From assembly GCF_018350175.1 (NCBI RefSeq), contig NC_058368.1, forward strand, positions 179,430,001 through 179,494,000: a stretch of DNA of 64,000 bases. The letters are read 5' to 3'. Source of the stretch: Felis catus (Eukaryota). Below are positions 24,551-37,183 of this stretch, one piece after another. The notes under the pieces were generated by a model. It saw only the letters and a program-made list of their open reading frames with translations. It did no database searches and was not told the origin of the DNA. The translations under genes were made by a program, and so were the position numbers. Within the stretch, counting starts at the first letter, position 1; every line of letters begins with the position of its first letter.

Positions 24551-25504
24551 CTACCTAATCCACCAATACTCAAGACTTTATTTTTTCAAGTGTATAAAGA
24601 GTTCATAAATACTGATATTAGGGTATGGCTGTGAGGCCCAAATGATACATTGATAAAATATTAAGCAAACTGTTTCACACATAATGAACTCTCTTTTTAA
24701 AATAGCTATTATTGTCCTTCTGTCATTGGCAAGGACAATGTCTTACTAATTGTTACACCTATGCAACAACTATTAACTCTCTCCAGCAGGAGGGAAAATA
24801 GTCATATAATTGGCAAATTATTGAGAATTTCAAAGTATGTGAATGGAAAGAATATTTTTCCAGTCCAAGATTAACCTTGTAGCTAAGATAATCAGAAATG
24901 GATGGGCAGAAATCATTAAAGAATAGTTATAATACATTCTTGCTTCTTAAACATTTCAACTAATTATCCATTGATTATGGAAGGGACATGGGTTAGTATT
25001 TTTTATCTTGTTTGCGTTTTATTCACTATCTTGCTGGAAAATAAACTCCTTTGGCCTTTCTAGTCTTCATCTACTTAACACTCTGTAAGATTACATGGTA
25101 GGTAGGAGAGACAAGAAAATGCATTAATTTCTTAAAATATGGAATGAACAAAAGGTCATGAAGCCTATAGAGTAATTTAGTTTCCTCCTGTGATGTATTT
25201 CTGCTGAAAATTCTTCATTGGCAGGAGTGACTGCTGAGTTTAGTGACACTTGAAATGAGATGATATCAGTTTGGAGATTCAGATGCGTCTCCTTCCTTAT
25301 CCAAGGGCTCTAACGGCTTTTGGTTTCTCGGTCAGGAGAAATAAAAGGACACTGAACTCTCTTGCCCCATTTATCTGAGTCTAAGGCTTTCTTAAAGTAG
25401 CAATCCTGTGTTCCACTCAGACCCATTACTGAAAGCTATGAAATAATGACAGTAATACAGCTATTACTGAATCACTGAATTACTAAGCACTTTAAATGTT
25501 TTTC

Positions 25505-25721
25505 TGTTTGTATATTTTTAAAGTTTATTTATTTATTTATTTTGAGGGAGAGAGAGAGAGAGCAGGGGAGGGGCAGAGAGAGAATCCCAAGCAGGCTCTG
25601 TGCTATCAGTGCAGAGGGCTCAATCTAACACAAGTCTCAAATCTCACAAACCGAGCGATCATGACCTGAGCCAAAAATCACAAGTCAGACACTTAACTGA
25701 TTGAGCCACTCAGGCAACCCC
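25505..25721 (-). mobile_element. SINEC_Fc within a MIR remnant
   Basis: 'gagagagaatcccaagcaggctctgtgct...atgacctgagcc...cttaactgattgagccactcaggcaacccc'. Confidence 0.9.
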
Positions 25722-27829
25722 CTTCCTTTTTTTTAAAGTTAGCACTTTACATGTTTTAGCTTGCTATACTCATCACAAGAACTCTAAGCATTGAATGTTA
25801 TTATTATATCCATGAAGAAATGGAAGCAAATAAAGTGTGATCATCCAAAGTCACATATTGAATAACTTCTTATTAACCTTTCTGACTTTATAGTTTACAT
25901 CTCCAAAATGGTAAATAGTAATTAGTGTTGATAGGATGATTGGATAAGGTAATTATGTAATATACCTGGCTTGTGGTAGGTACTCAGTATTGTTAGTTGC
26001 CTACATAGACAGAGACATGTCATAGAATTATAGACTCCACTGAACTACTTTTCCCTTGGGTGGGTTATTTGTATCATTATAGTATCTCAGTGCCTAACAC
26101 AGTGCCAGGTACATTATTTGTACCCAATAAGTATTTGTTAAAATGTAAGCACACAAATGTTAGAGTTAAAGGACATTAGAAGACATCAAATCCAATCTGA
26201 CTCATTAAAGGAATCCTTTTTTAGGGAACCTCCAAAGAGAAAAGGCAACTAATTCACCATTTTTATAAGCCAATCACTCGATTGTTGAAAAATTCTTATT
26301 CTTAGAAAATTCTCTCTCTCTCTCTCTTTTTTTTTTATGTTAAGGTGAATGATCTATAAACGTAGGGCATTAGCTCTGGTTCTCCCCTCCAGCAGTGCAT
26401 GGAATAAATTTGCTTGTTTGTTTTAAATTTTATTTTATTTTGCCTGAGATACTGCACTACAGTTCATAGATCCACTCGGTATCTTCCGTTCCAGGCCATA
26501 TATGTCCAATAACTTCCATCACTCCTCATATAAACCAGATGTCAATTCAGGACAGTCTTTCCTTTGAGATTTAAATAAAATTGGCTAGAACCTTATATCC
26601 CACATCCTGTGGGAAATCCAGGGCCCAACCCAAGGTTTCTGTGAATTCCTGGGAATTTATATTCTTAAGGTAATCTCTGGCTTTGAGTTTCTAGTTCCAT
26701 AGAACTGTCTTACTCATTTCTTTGTCTTGGATTTTCTCAACTGTCTACCCAATCATGATCTTGACATGAGCTCATCCTCTTGAACCCTTAAAACCACACA
26801 CGTGTCATACTTGGGTGCATGAGAGAATTTACTGATAGTGATGATAGAGGCAATTTCCACTGTTAAACACGATTTGATGATATAATTCTTTAAATCTCTT
26901 ATTCATTATGCCAGTGGAAATTTATTATTTGCCCCCTTTTTCCTTGGATTATGTCTTTTAGCATATTGCCCTCATTCCCCTCTCTTCATTCTCTCCCCAT
27001 TTCCTACTCTTTTTTTTCTAATAATATTCAAATTTCTGTTTATTACTTATGCAGTGCTCTCTCCTTTCAAGGTATGCCCATAGAGTCTTCCATACGAAAG
27101 CTATTTATCAAAATATTTTCCTAAACAACAAGAGTATCTTCCTAAAAGGGCTCCTGCTTAATAACCCCTTTTCTGTCTCCTAGATGTGCTCATTAAACAA
27201 GTTTTCCTTGTTAATATCTCTCCTGGAATAGAGCTCCCAGATGGGACACAAGAGGTCTGAGAAAATACCTTCAATAATGTAAAAACTGCACCTGATAGAG
27301 TTCCAGAATTGTGCCTAGATAGGGCCTACATGTAATATAAATGCCAGACATGAATAACATGGTGTCTGTTATTTCTTCTCCCTCAAGGTATTTCAGCCAG
27401 CTAGAGATTTAATTTACATATGCATGCACCAGTAGAATCCTTAGTTGTTACTCCAGCAAATATTCTGCACTACGAATGGGATGCAGACAGGACACCCTAG
27501 GCACATGACTCCCATTCTGAGTGATGGACATGTTTTCTTATCTCTATGTATCTGGGGAAAGTTATATTAATGTCACATGCATACTTTTAAATCTACATTT
27601 GATTGCTTCTGGATGTCAAGATGTGACTTGGACTTTTTAAAGCATAAGAAAGCAATCAGAGAGATCCAGAATGATAAATAACAACTTGGGAAAGCCCCAA
27701 TTTTGGTCCACCAGTTATCATGTCTGTAGACAGTTTTGGAGTTCCCTAGAATGCTAAGTTGAAGTTGCATTCATAAGTGGTGGTTTGAAGGACAGAGGAA
27801 CTTGGGATTCTTTCAGGTACAGTTGTGTG

Positions 27830-28030
27830 TATTTCCTAAGTACCTACTTTGGGCCAGGTACTGTGCTAAATGCATTATATCTATTATCTCATTTCTTCCT
27901 CACTAAAACCCTAGACTATACGTAACTTTATTCTCCCCATTTTATAGATGAGGAGACTAAGGTTTAGAGAGGTAAAATAGTGTGCTCAAGGGGACACAGC
28001 TAAGGAGCAGGAGAGTGAGCTGTGGACTCA
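27830..28030 (-). mobile_element. MIR
   Basis: 'ccccattttatagatgaggagactaaggtttagagaggtaaaatagtgtgctcaagg'. Confidence 0.85.
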
Positions 28031-28959
28031 GCCTAGCTTGGCTCTCTGCACTGTTCTCCCACCCCTCCTACCCTGAGAGGTGGGAGAACAGAGATCAGGT
28101 AGAACATTTCTCTTTTTAGTTTTAATTTTTATGCAGGATGTCTCAACAGCCTCCTTTTGGGTCTTTTACATACCATTATTGGCACATCTAAACCAGGTGG
28201 CTAGTCGATTTTTTTAAAGGAGCCTGGAAGAGGAATTGCTTTTTTGTCTTTCCCTTGTGGGAGACAGAGCTGCACAAGAAGTAATGGGAGAGTTCACTGA
28301 ATTTTAAAGAGGAGAGAGGCATTGGCTCAGAGGGGCCATGAAGAGGTTACCAGGGAGATGCAGGGGTGACAGCTATCAGAGATGAACTGGCCCCATCTTG
28401 GTCTCTGTGGAAATGTCAGTCCCTTTCTGAGAGGATTATTTTGCATCTTTATTAAAGTGTCTCAGGAGATGAACCTTATTAAACAGAACCAATGGGTTGA
28501 AAGCATGTAATTAAGCTAAACCATTTTTGTTCTTAATGCCTTAAATACCTGTTTGTGTGGGGGACTGAACATCAAATAGCTTCCTCAGGCAAAAGACAGT
28601 GGAAACCATAGAGTTACAGTAATAAGAATTCTCTGGACAATTAAGAGTCCTCAAAAAAAAAAAAGAAGCCTCATATTTCTTCAAGGGCTGAGCTCACTTT
28701 CTAAAACTTACACAGAAAACACATACACGCTCACAGTCTGAAATATCAGAATCAGAGACAGTTCTTGGAACATCACCTACCTCATTGATTTGCTTATTGA
28801 ATCATACAGTATTTACTAAGGGCCTAATGTGTATCAGGCACAAGGAACCCAGGAGTGAATAAGGCATATTCCTGGTCTCAAGGAATGTATACTCTAGTAG
28901 ACAACAAAGCAGCCTTCTTTTAGTATTCTTTAGGAATCCATTCTATGTTTGTTTCCTTT

Positions 28960-29590
28960 TCTTCTACTTTCACTTTATATTCTCACCTAGGTGATCTTAG
29001 CCATTCTCACAAAATCACACCACTTTTATGAAAATGATTCTCCAATATATATTACCTGTCCACTCTTCTCTTTGGAACTTCACATCTATATACTTAACCA
29101 TCTATATGTTTTTCAACTTAAATGACTCATATGCATCTTAAAGTTCACATGACCAAAACACAACTTTCAGTTGTCCTCCAAAATCCTTCTCCAACCGTCC
29201 TCCGTCTTGATAAATGGGCCCATAATCCACCTTGGGCTTCAAATCAGAAACCTGGGAGACACACTGAACTTTCTCTCCTCTCTTACCCTCCAGTCCAATG
29301 GATACACAAGCCTTCTTCCTGCTCCTTTCAAAGCTTGTCTCATTAGATTATGTCTCCTCATCCCTCTTACCACTTCATTACTCTAAACCTCTAGTATCTT
29401 TCACCAGAGCTACTATAATAACCTCCTAACCAGTTTCCTTGCTTCTGTTCTTATCCATCTCCAACCTGATCTTCACACAGCAGCCAGAGTGGCCTTCTCA
29501 AAGTATAAATTGGACTATCCATATTCTGCATAAATTAGCATAATGTTCACAATAATTACAATGTTCTACAAGGCCTCTCAGATATGGCTC
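28960..29590 (+). mobile_element. L2 remnant
   Basis: 'cctaggtgatcttagccattctc...atgcatcttaaagttcacatgaccaaaac...cttcacacagcagccagagtggccttctcaaag'. Confidence 0.7.
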
Positions 29591-30099
29591 TACCTACCCC
29601 AAAACCCTTCTTAGAAATCTCAGCCCTCACAGGCCTAGTTTGGCTTGATAGTGGGTTGCAGTGGGGGAGTATATGTGAGAGATTCTAAAGTCCTTATTAT
29701 AATAGCTACCATATGCCCAACTTTGTACTAAATGGTTTACTTATAGAATTTGCAATCTCAAATCTCACTCCCCTGCAAGGAAGCATTAATATACCCATTC
29801 TACAGATGAATAAATATAGATGTGATATTATTCAGCTAGTGATTGGAAGAACTTGGACTCAACCCTAGGCCTCTCTCACTTCAAAGTGGACCCTACATCT
29901 AATTTATCTCTGCTGTGCTGCTTAATGCTGCCTCAAATTGTACAGTATCAGTAACTCTTTGAAATAAAATTAGAACCCAGAACTCCAAAGCCTGTGCTGT
30001 TTTGATGCTACTGGGATAACTCTTCCTCTTCTACTAAGAAACTTTCCATGGAGACCAGGAAGCCACTAGAATCGTCCTGGCTGTGTAGAAGAGATTTTA

Positions 30100-30285
30100 A
30101 ATGTCCCTAGCAGTTATAGTCAACCTTAGCATCATAAGCTCGTGGAGAACTTTCATAAAATAATGATATGCAGGCTGCCTCTTCAGGGAGTCTGATTGAA
30201 TTGGACTCTGATAGAATGTGGGCTCTGGGTATATTTTTAAAATGTGTTCTAAGTGATTCTAACTTGTATTCAGGATTGAGAAGCT
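30100..30285. mobile_element. MER5-family hAT-Charlie MITE
   Basis: 'ctgggtatatttttaaaatgtgttctaagtgattctaacttgtattcaggattgagaagc'. Confidence 0.55.
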
Positions 30286-31039
30286 ATTCTAACTTGGTTG
30301 GAAGGTGCCTGGTTCAAGTTGAGATGATCGTCATAGGCTGTTTCTCCCATTTTAAGCCCACTGGATAGTTCAGGTGAGCAGGCAGCTTCAGCACCTGACT
30401 GACTAGAGTCTGATGGAGAGCCCACATCACTTCCTGGATAGTACTCTTGGACAAGGAACACTTTGAGAGGCAAATATGATAAAGGGGGTTTCTAGAGCCT
30501 ATTTGGTTACGTGGGATCATTTGAACACTAGTTTCAGATCTCCTCCAAAAATTCATTTCATGCTGAGCAGCTTCTGAGGAAATGAAATCAATGTCTCTCT
30601 TCCTGCCATCCTCCTGCTATTTCTTTTCAAGTAGATGAATGATTCCTAAAGGTTGAGGCTCCATTCATCCCTCGGGGTAACTTTGAAAGCTTTGTTAAGA
30701 TCTGCAGGGAGTTTGGGAGAAGGATGAGGAATTAAGGACAAGGCTTAGGTAGAAGGAGACATTAGTAAGCTCTCTCACTTTCCTATTCCACTGAACTGCC
30801 CTCATGGAGATTTAAGATGATCCCTCAACAGGTTAAACTGGGAGTTTAAATATACTACTTTTCACCCTAAGGAGGAAGACACATCATATTGTTTCCAGTC
30901 TGCAAATCTTACCTTGTAGTGTGAAGATTACCTCGACAATGGGTACCTTCCTCTTTTTTATCATCATCACATCATTGCTGAGTACTATGAACAGAATCAA
31001 AATAATTGAAGTCTCACTTTACTCCCTTTATAATGGTAG

Positions 31040-31265
31040 AGCTGTATGACTAGAAGCCTGAACTCTGGAGCTTGATTCTTTAGCAGATTAGATTCTTTAG
31101 ATTCGGAGAATGTACTCTTTACTAATGGATTACTTTAGGCAAATTACTTTGCCTAGTTCCTCTATCTATAAAATGGGCAGTCTAATTTATTTGGATTAAA
31201 ATAATCAATATGTGTGGAGTACTTATAATTGTTCCTGGCACTTAGTAAATACTACATAAATATTT
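31040..31265 (+). mobile_element. MIR
   Basis: 'ttaggcaaattactttgcctagttcctctatctataaaatggg...cctggcacttagtaaatact'. Confidence 0.7.
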
Positions 31266-32596
31266 ATTTTAAAATATCATAAAATAAAGCTCACAACCAC
31301 ACAGATTAACTGCTAGCTTGTTAAACTCTCATGAGAAATCTAGGAGAATGTTCAGTCTTTGAGTTTGGTGGTATTCCCTATCTTATATCTATTTTATTAT
31401 GAGGTAGAGAGTAGAGAATACTTCTCTATGTTATTCTTGTCATCTTTCAGCTCATAAAAAAAGCCTGGGTTATTAGCTGTGGCCTTCTAAGATGCTCTGT
31501 GCACCATTGCTAATGTCAGTAGAGACACCTACCATCCCTTCTTGGGTACTATTTCATCTGTCTGCTCCTACGCTTTCTTAATCCTTTCAATTCCTTTGTT
31601 TCCCCCAAACTCCACTCTTTAGATTCTGCCTAATCATCTGCTCAGGCTGGAATAATATATCATTTGTATATGTCCCTTGCTTCCAACACTGCTTAAAAGT
31701 TGGAGGTTAGATCTTGAGAATAGAGGTAGGAAGACAAGAAGATGCCCTCACCGTGGTTTGGTCACAGAATGAGTCTCTCCATGACAATCAGACCTTTCAT
31801 TCTATCAATATTACATGCTTGCTGGTGTATTTTTTTTTTATTCAGCAACATGCTAAATTTTTTTTCTCTGCCATTTATTTTCTTGGATTGTTATGTGTCA
31901 GCTTCCATGGCAAATCTATCCATCTCACTGTGAAATAATAAATAATAGCTGCCATTTATTGAACACCTACATGTACCGCGCACAAACTATATTGACACTG
32001 TGTATGCCAAGATGCCTCAAAAGTAGGCAAGTGTTATCATTCTAAGTTAGAGTCAAAAAAATCAAGGATATAGGGACTCCTTCATCTACATAATGCTGCT
32101 TTTCAAGAGCTTAAAAAGGTGAGTCACTTTAAGCACCACAGGCACTAAAATATTTAAAGATTGCTTTAACCACATTTTAACATTTATTCTTTGAAACATC
32201 ACAAGGAAGCATTCATTATCTTTCCCATTTTTTAAATAAGAAAACCAAATTTGAGAGGATTTAAAGGGCATGCCCTAGGTGACACAGCTAGTACAAAATT
32301 GGGACCAAAAGCCAGTTCTCCTGACATGAAATCCGCATCCTGACCACTGCACCAGTTGTTGTCATTTCTTTGTGGCTTTTCTTAGTACAAGATTGGAGCC
32401 TGGCATGCTGTAGATTATCATCATATATTTTTTGAATAGATGAATGAAAAAGTAAAGCCTGTCTTTAGTCCCTTCTTCACCTCTTTTCCATGTACCCCCT
32501 AGATGGCTAATCTTAGTTAATACTTAGGAATTTCCAACCCTGTGGCTCTCAGGTAGCTTCCTGTTCCCGATGCCCATTAAGAACTTAGCCATTTTT

Positions 32597-32751
32597 GGGA
32601 TGCCTCGGTGGCTCAGTCGGTTAAGCATCTGACTTCAGCTCAGGTCATGAACTTGAAGTTCGTTTTAAGCCCCACATTGGGCTCTGTGCTGACAGCTCAA
32701 AGCCTGAAGCCTGCTTTGGATTCTGTGTCTCTCTATCTGTGCTTCCCCCAC

Positions 32752-32792
<41 letters not shown>

Positions 32793-32838
32793 AAATAAAT
32801 AAATAAATAAATAAATAAACATTTAAAAAGTTTAAATA
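32597..32838 (+). mobile_element. SINEC_Fc with (CT)n and (TAAA)n tail
   Basis: Perfect 18-bp TSD aagaacttagccattttt at 32579-32596 and 32839-32856. Confidence 0.95.
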
Positions 32839-33207
32839 AAGAACTTAGCCATTTTTAAATCTCATTCTTTCTAGTTTATAAGAACATAAACTATAAGACC
32901 AGTTAACATTGAGTGTGCACTATGCATTAGGTACTTACTTATATCATATCCTTAAAGCAAATTTAAAGGATTTTGGATTATTATTTCCATTTAGAGATGA
33001 AAAGACTTAAAAATTACATGAGTTAGCTAAAAAGTGTGGAATCTCATATTCTATCCCAGATTTATCTGACTCCTGAAGTTGAAGGCCATACTTACTGAAC
33101 TCTCCTGCCTCCACACAAACCTGACAGTGACTGACAAGGGTTTATTTTTTTGCTCATCCTTCCCAGATGACACTTGCATTTTAATAAGGTCTTTCAACAC
33201 TTTATCC

Positions 33208-34841
33208 CAAAAGTTCTCAAAGTGCACTCCATGGGCCTCTGGGGTCCTTAAGAACCTTTCAGGAGGTCTACAAAATCACAACTATTTTCATAATAATACT
33301 AAGATGTTATTGGGCATTCTCACAGAATTAACATTTGCACTGATGGTACAGAAGCAACTGTGGACATAACTGATGCCACTTTAGAGCAAATCAAGGCAGG
33401 ATACTCAAGTATCATTGCATTCTTCAACACCACACACTCATGGGAAAGACAAAAAGGCGGTTTTCTTAAGAATATTTGTGATGAAGCTGTATTAGTACTT
33501 TTATTAAAATCCCAACCCTTGAGTGTACATATTTTTAATATTTCCTGTGACAAAATGGGAAGCATACATAAAACAGTTTTGAGACATACCAAATTCTCAA
33601 GAAAAAGCACTTGTGAGATTTTTTTGAGCTGTGAATTAAACCAGTCACTTTTTGCCATGGAACACCATCTTTTTTTTTGAAAAACTGACTGACAGACAAA
33701 CTGGTTATTCAGACTTGAGTATCTGGCAGACGTTTTCTCAAAAATGAACAAAGTGAGTCTGTCACTTCAAGGAAAATAACTGACAATATCTGATTTCAAT
33801 GATAAAATTTGAGCTTTCAAGTGAAAATTAGAATTAAAAAAATTTTTACCTGCTGCTATGAGCTTGACAAGTTTCCAATACTTAAAGATTTTTTCTGATA
33901 AGATCAGTGGTGTTATTAAGAGATGTGAGATTTTTTTATATTGTATAATGAAATGTACCAACATTTAGCAGATCTGCATACCTCAGTGAATCAATATTTC
34001 CCAAATGATTAATGAATAATATTACAAAACCATGCATTGGTAAAAGATCTATTCAAAGTGCAGGACAAATCAATAGATTTTAATGTAATAGAGTATGAAA
34101 AGTTCATTGATATGGGGTCAGATTCCATACTACAACTAACCTGTTTTGGTGTGATAAAAAAAAAAAATAAAATCACCACAGTTATCTAAAAAGGCTATTG
34201 CAATACTCCTCCCTTGCCTAATTACATACTGTGTGAAGTGGGATTCTCTTCATAACCTTCATCCCAAATAACATATCACAACAGATTGAAATCAGAAGCA
34301 GATCTTAGAATCCAGCTGCCTTCTATTAAGCCAGACATTAAAGAGATTTTCAAAAATGTAAAACAGCGACAGTCTTCTCAACCAAATATTTTTGTTTTGT
34401 AAAATATATTTATTTTTCAGAAAAATATTGTGTTAACTTAGGATAGTGTATTGTTATTTTAAAAAGAATTCATGAAGTTTAAAATTTTCCTCAGTTTTAA
34501 TTTCCAATGTGATAAATATTGAGAGGTCTAAATCACATAAACAAAAGCTCTTTGGGAGCCTATATTTTTCTTTTTTAAACTTTTTAAAAAAATTTATTTA
34601 TTTATTTTGAGAGACAGAGATAGCAGGGGGAGGGCCAGAGAGAGGAAGAGAGAGAGAATCCCAAGCAGGCTCTGCACTGGCAGCGCAAAGCCCCACTCAG
34701 GGCTCGAGCTAACAAACTGTGAGATCATGACCTGAGCCTAAATCAAGACTTGGGACACTTAACCGACTGAGCCACCCATACGCCCGTATTATTTTTAAGA
34801 TTATAAATGAGATTTGAGATCAAAATGTTTGAGAACCATTG
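33208..34841 (+). mobile_element. Charlie1a-type hAT DNA transposon, end to end, with decayed transposase
   Basis: TIR-like ends caaaagttctcaaa and tttgagaaccattg; 8-bp TSD ctttatcc/ctttaacc; ORF 33360-33680 'LKNICDEAV...KSQPLS...CDKMGSIHKTVLRHT' is Charlie/Buster transposase-like. Confidence 0.9.
34562..34786 (-). mobile_element. SINEC_Fc nested in Charlie1a
   Basis: 'gagaatcccaagcaggctctgcactggcagcgc...cttaaccgactgagccacccatacgccc'. Confidence 0.92.
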
Positions 34842-35859
34842 CTTTAACCCAAGGAAGTGATGATTAGGTATTTCTGACCAACCAGCGGGGTGGGCATTGA
34901 GCAGAAGGACTTGTTCTCTCTAAAAACCAAATGTACAATCTATGCATGTTCCTCTGAGAAAATTTGCTTCCAGGGAACCCCCAGTCAAGATTTGGGTTAC
35001 ATTACCATTTCACAGTGCCAGTTAAATCTGTGCTCAGGCAAAAGCTCAGCGTGGCATGCATTTAATTCAGATCTTTTCATGGATCATGACCTTCAAACTA
35101 TAGGAGTGAGTGAGGGAGGGAGTTTCTATGTAGTACCACTGGGAGGGTATCTTTCACCCCCAGTGTGAATCTTAGTCTGAGAACATTTCTTGGCGGGTCC
35201 TGAGAGTCTGTGTCTAATTAATCACCTTTTCAGACACTCAAGTGGATAGCCTTTGGGGCAGGAAGGGAGAAGCCTGGGAGGCAGAGCAGAATAAACATCT
35301 TAATCCAAATCGAGACCGAGGCCAGCTGTCCAGGCTGTTCTTGTGGCCACAGCTTGCAGGGCTACTGCGCACGGCTGCCTCTACTTTATTCTGCTTCCCC
35401 TTGAAAGTGCCTCCTTCCTTCTCCTTCCCACGCAAGCAGCCAGTCCAGTGCATGAATTTGTGGGTTGGACTCTAATTGCTAGCTGTGCTGGGAAGCCCGC
35501 CTCCCTCTAATTCAGCCTTGACACAAATAGCTAGAAAGTTCACTTGCAAAGCCACAACTCCCACAGCAGTGCACTGAGGGGTTCCCTTCTAGAGAGAGGA
35601 CTTCTATTCCATGCAAATCAACAGATACTTACCAAGCACCTATTTGGTACTTAGCACGTCCTGTGAAGAATGAATCCAAAAAATGTATTTGAGAAAATCA
35701 TAGTAGCTTGGAGTTCCCAGTCTTCTCATCACAGTTCTACCCTCACACAGTGCCCACCAGCTTCCACTTGGACTACTTCAGTGATGAAGACCTGGCCACC
35801 TCTTGTAGCATTTTTAGAGAGCTATAGTTGGTAGATAGTTCTTTCTGCTGCTCTGGGAG

Positions 35860-36075
35860 AGCCAGCATAGCACAGTGGTTAAGCCACATAGACCCGGGTC
35901 TTAATCCTATCTCAGTCATTTATGATCTTGAGCAAGTTTGCTTTATCTATCTATGCCTCAGTGTCCTTATCTGTAAAAGGGAATAGCAATACCCATCACA
36001 AGCCATTGTGGTATTAAAATAAAGTATGCTTGTAAAATGTATTGCCCAGGTCCTGGTACATCTTAAGTGTTTATT
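35860..36075 (+). mobile_element. MIR
   Basis: 'cagcatagcacagtggttaag...atgcctcagtgtccttatctgtaaaaggg'. Confidence 0.8.
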
Positions 36076-36626
36076 AAGCCAGTTCCACCATTTAATTACC
36101 TTTGACCTTTAGCAAATTTGGTAATTCAGGTTTTTTTGTAACTGAAATTGTACCTACATCATAGGGTTGTGAGGATTCATCCCTGATTAAGAACTTAATA
36201 GTTTTAGGACCTTGGGCAAGTAATTTTAATTTTTTCAGCTTGGATTTTTTTTAAATCTGTAAATAGAGGTAGCAGTGCTTGTTACTTAAAGGGGTTTGTG
36301 AGAAATAAAGTATATAAGGTACATATTAGCTTTGTGCTTGGTAAACAGTAGGTTTCATTGTCATTCACTTCCATCACTTTGCCCTGAGAGATGTCTCCCT
36401 TGCATGGTCTGTGGTCCACTATTTGGATCTACACAAACTAAGTCAAATCTTTCTTCTAGTTGGACCTTTCATTATGTTTCCCACATGTTTTCTTTCCTCT
36501 GGTATAGACTTCCCCAGTACTTCCAAAGCATTTCTTGCATAAGATTTTGAGCTTTTCACTATCCTGGGAATGTTTCCCAGATGGCCTTTGGTTTGTCAAG
36601 GTTCTTTTCAAAATATGTTTAGATTT

Positions 36627-36834
36627 TTTTTAACGTTTATTTTCTTCTGAGAGATAGAGAGGATAGAGCATGAGCGGGGGAGGGGCAGAGAGAGAGGGAG
36701 ACACAGAATCTGAAGCAGGATCCAGCCTCTGAGCTGTCAGCACACAGCCTGATGCGGGGCTCGAACTCACGACCATGAGATCATGACCTGAGCTGAAGTT
36801 GGTTGCCCAACCAACTGAGCCACCCAGGCACTCC
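36627..36834 (-). mobile_element. SINEC_Fc
   Basis: TSD atgtttagattt at 36615-36626 and 36837-36848; typical body. Confidence 0.94.
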
Positions 36835-37076
36835 TGATGTTTAGATTTAAATGTGAAATTCCAGGTGAAGATTGATCAGCCCAGAACACTTTGAGACCAT
36901 CATCTTCATTGTGTATGATGCTGAATTTTTTTTTAATGGAGCCAAGTTTAAGTGAAAGATATGCCAAATTATTGATTCATATTGAGCTTGTAATCAACTT
37001 AAATCATAGAATTGTTTTCATATTTTCTGCTGTTAAACCATGTATCCCCAATTCTCTACTCATGACGTATAATAAG

Positions 37077-37183
37077 AAAAAATTGGAACACTTCACAAAT
37101 TTATGTGTCATGATTGCACAGGGGTCACATTAACCTTCTCTGTATCATTCCAATATCAGCATATGTGCTGTTGAAGTGAGCAT
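37077..37183 (-). pseudogene. RNU6: Full-length diverged U6 snRNA pseudogene
   Basis: 'aaaaaattggaacacttcacaaatttatgtgtca...cttctctgtatcattccaatatcagcatatgtgctgttgaagtgagcat' is colinear with reverse-complement U6 and shows CpG decay. Confidence 0.9.

Noticed and set aside
26852..26922. 11-bp inverted repeat aatttccactg/cagtggaaatt, 49 bp apart
   Set aside because: The intervening sequence does not pair, and a match of this size is near chance expectation.
33320..33964. ORFs suggesting a domesticated ZBED/Buster gene
   Set aside because: The transposase reading is fragmented by frameshifts and lies within an internally deleted Charlie1a fossil.
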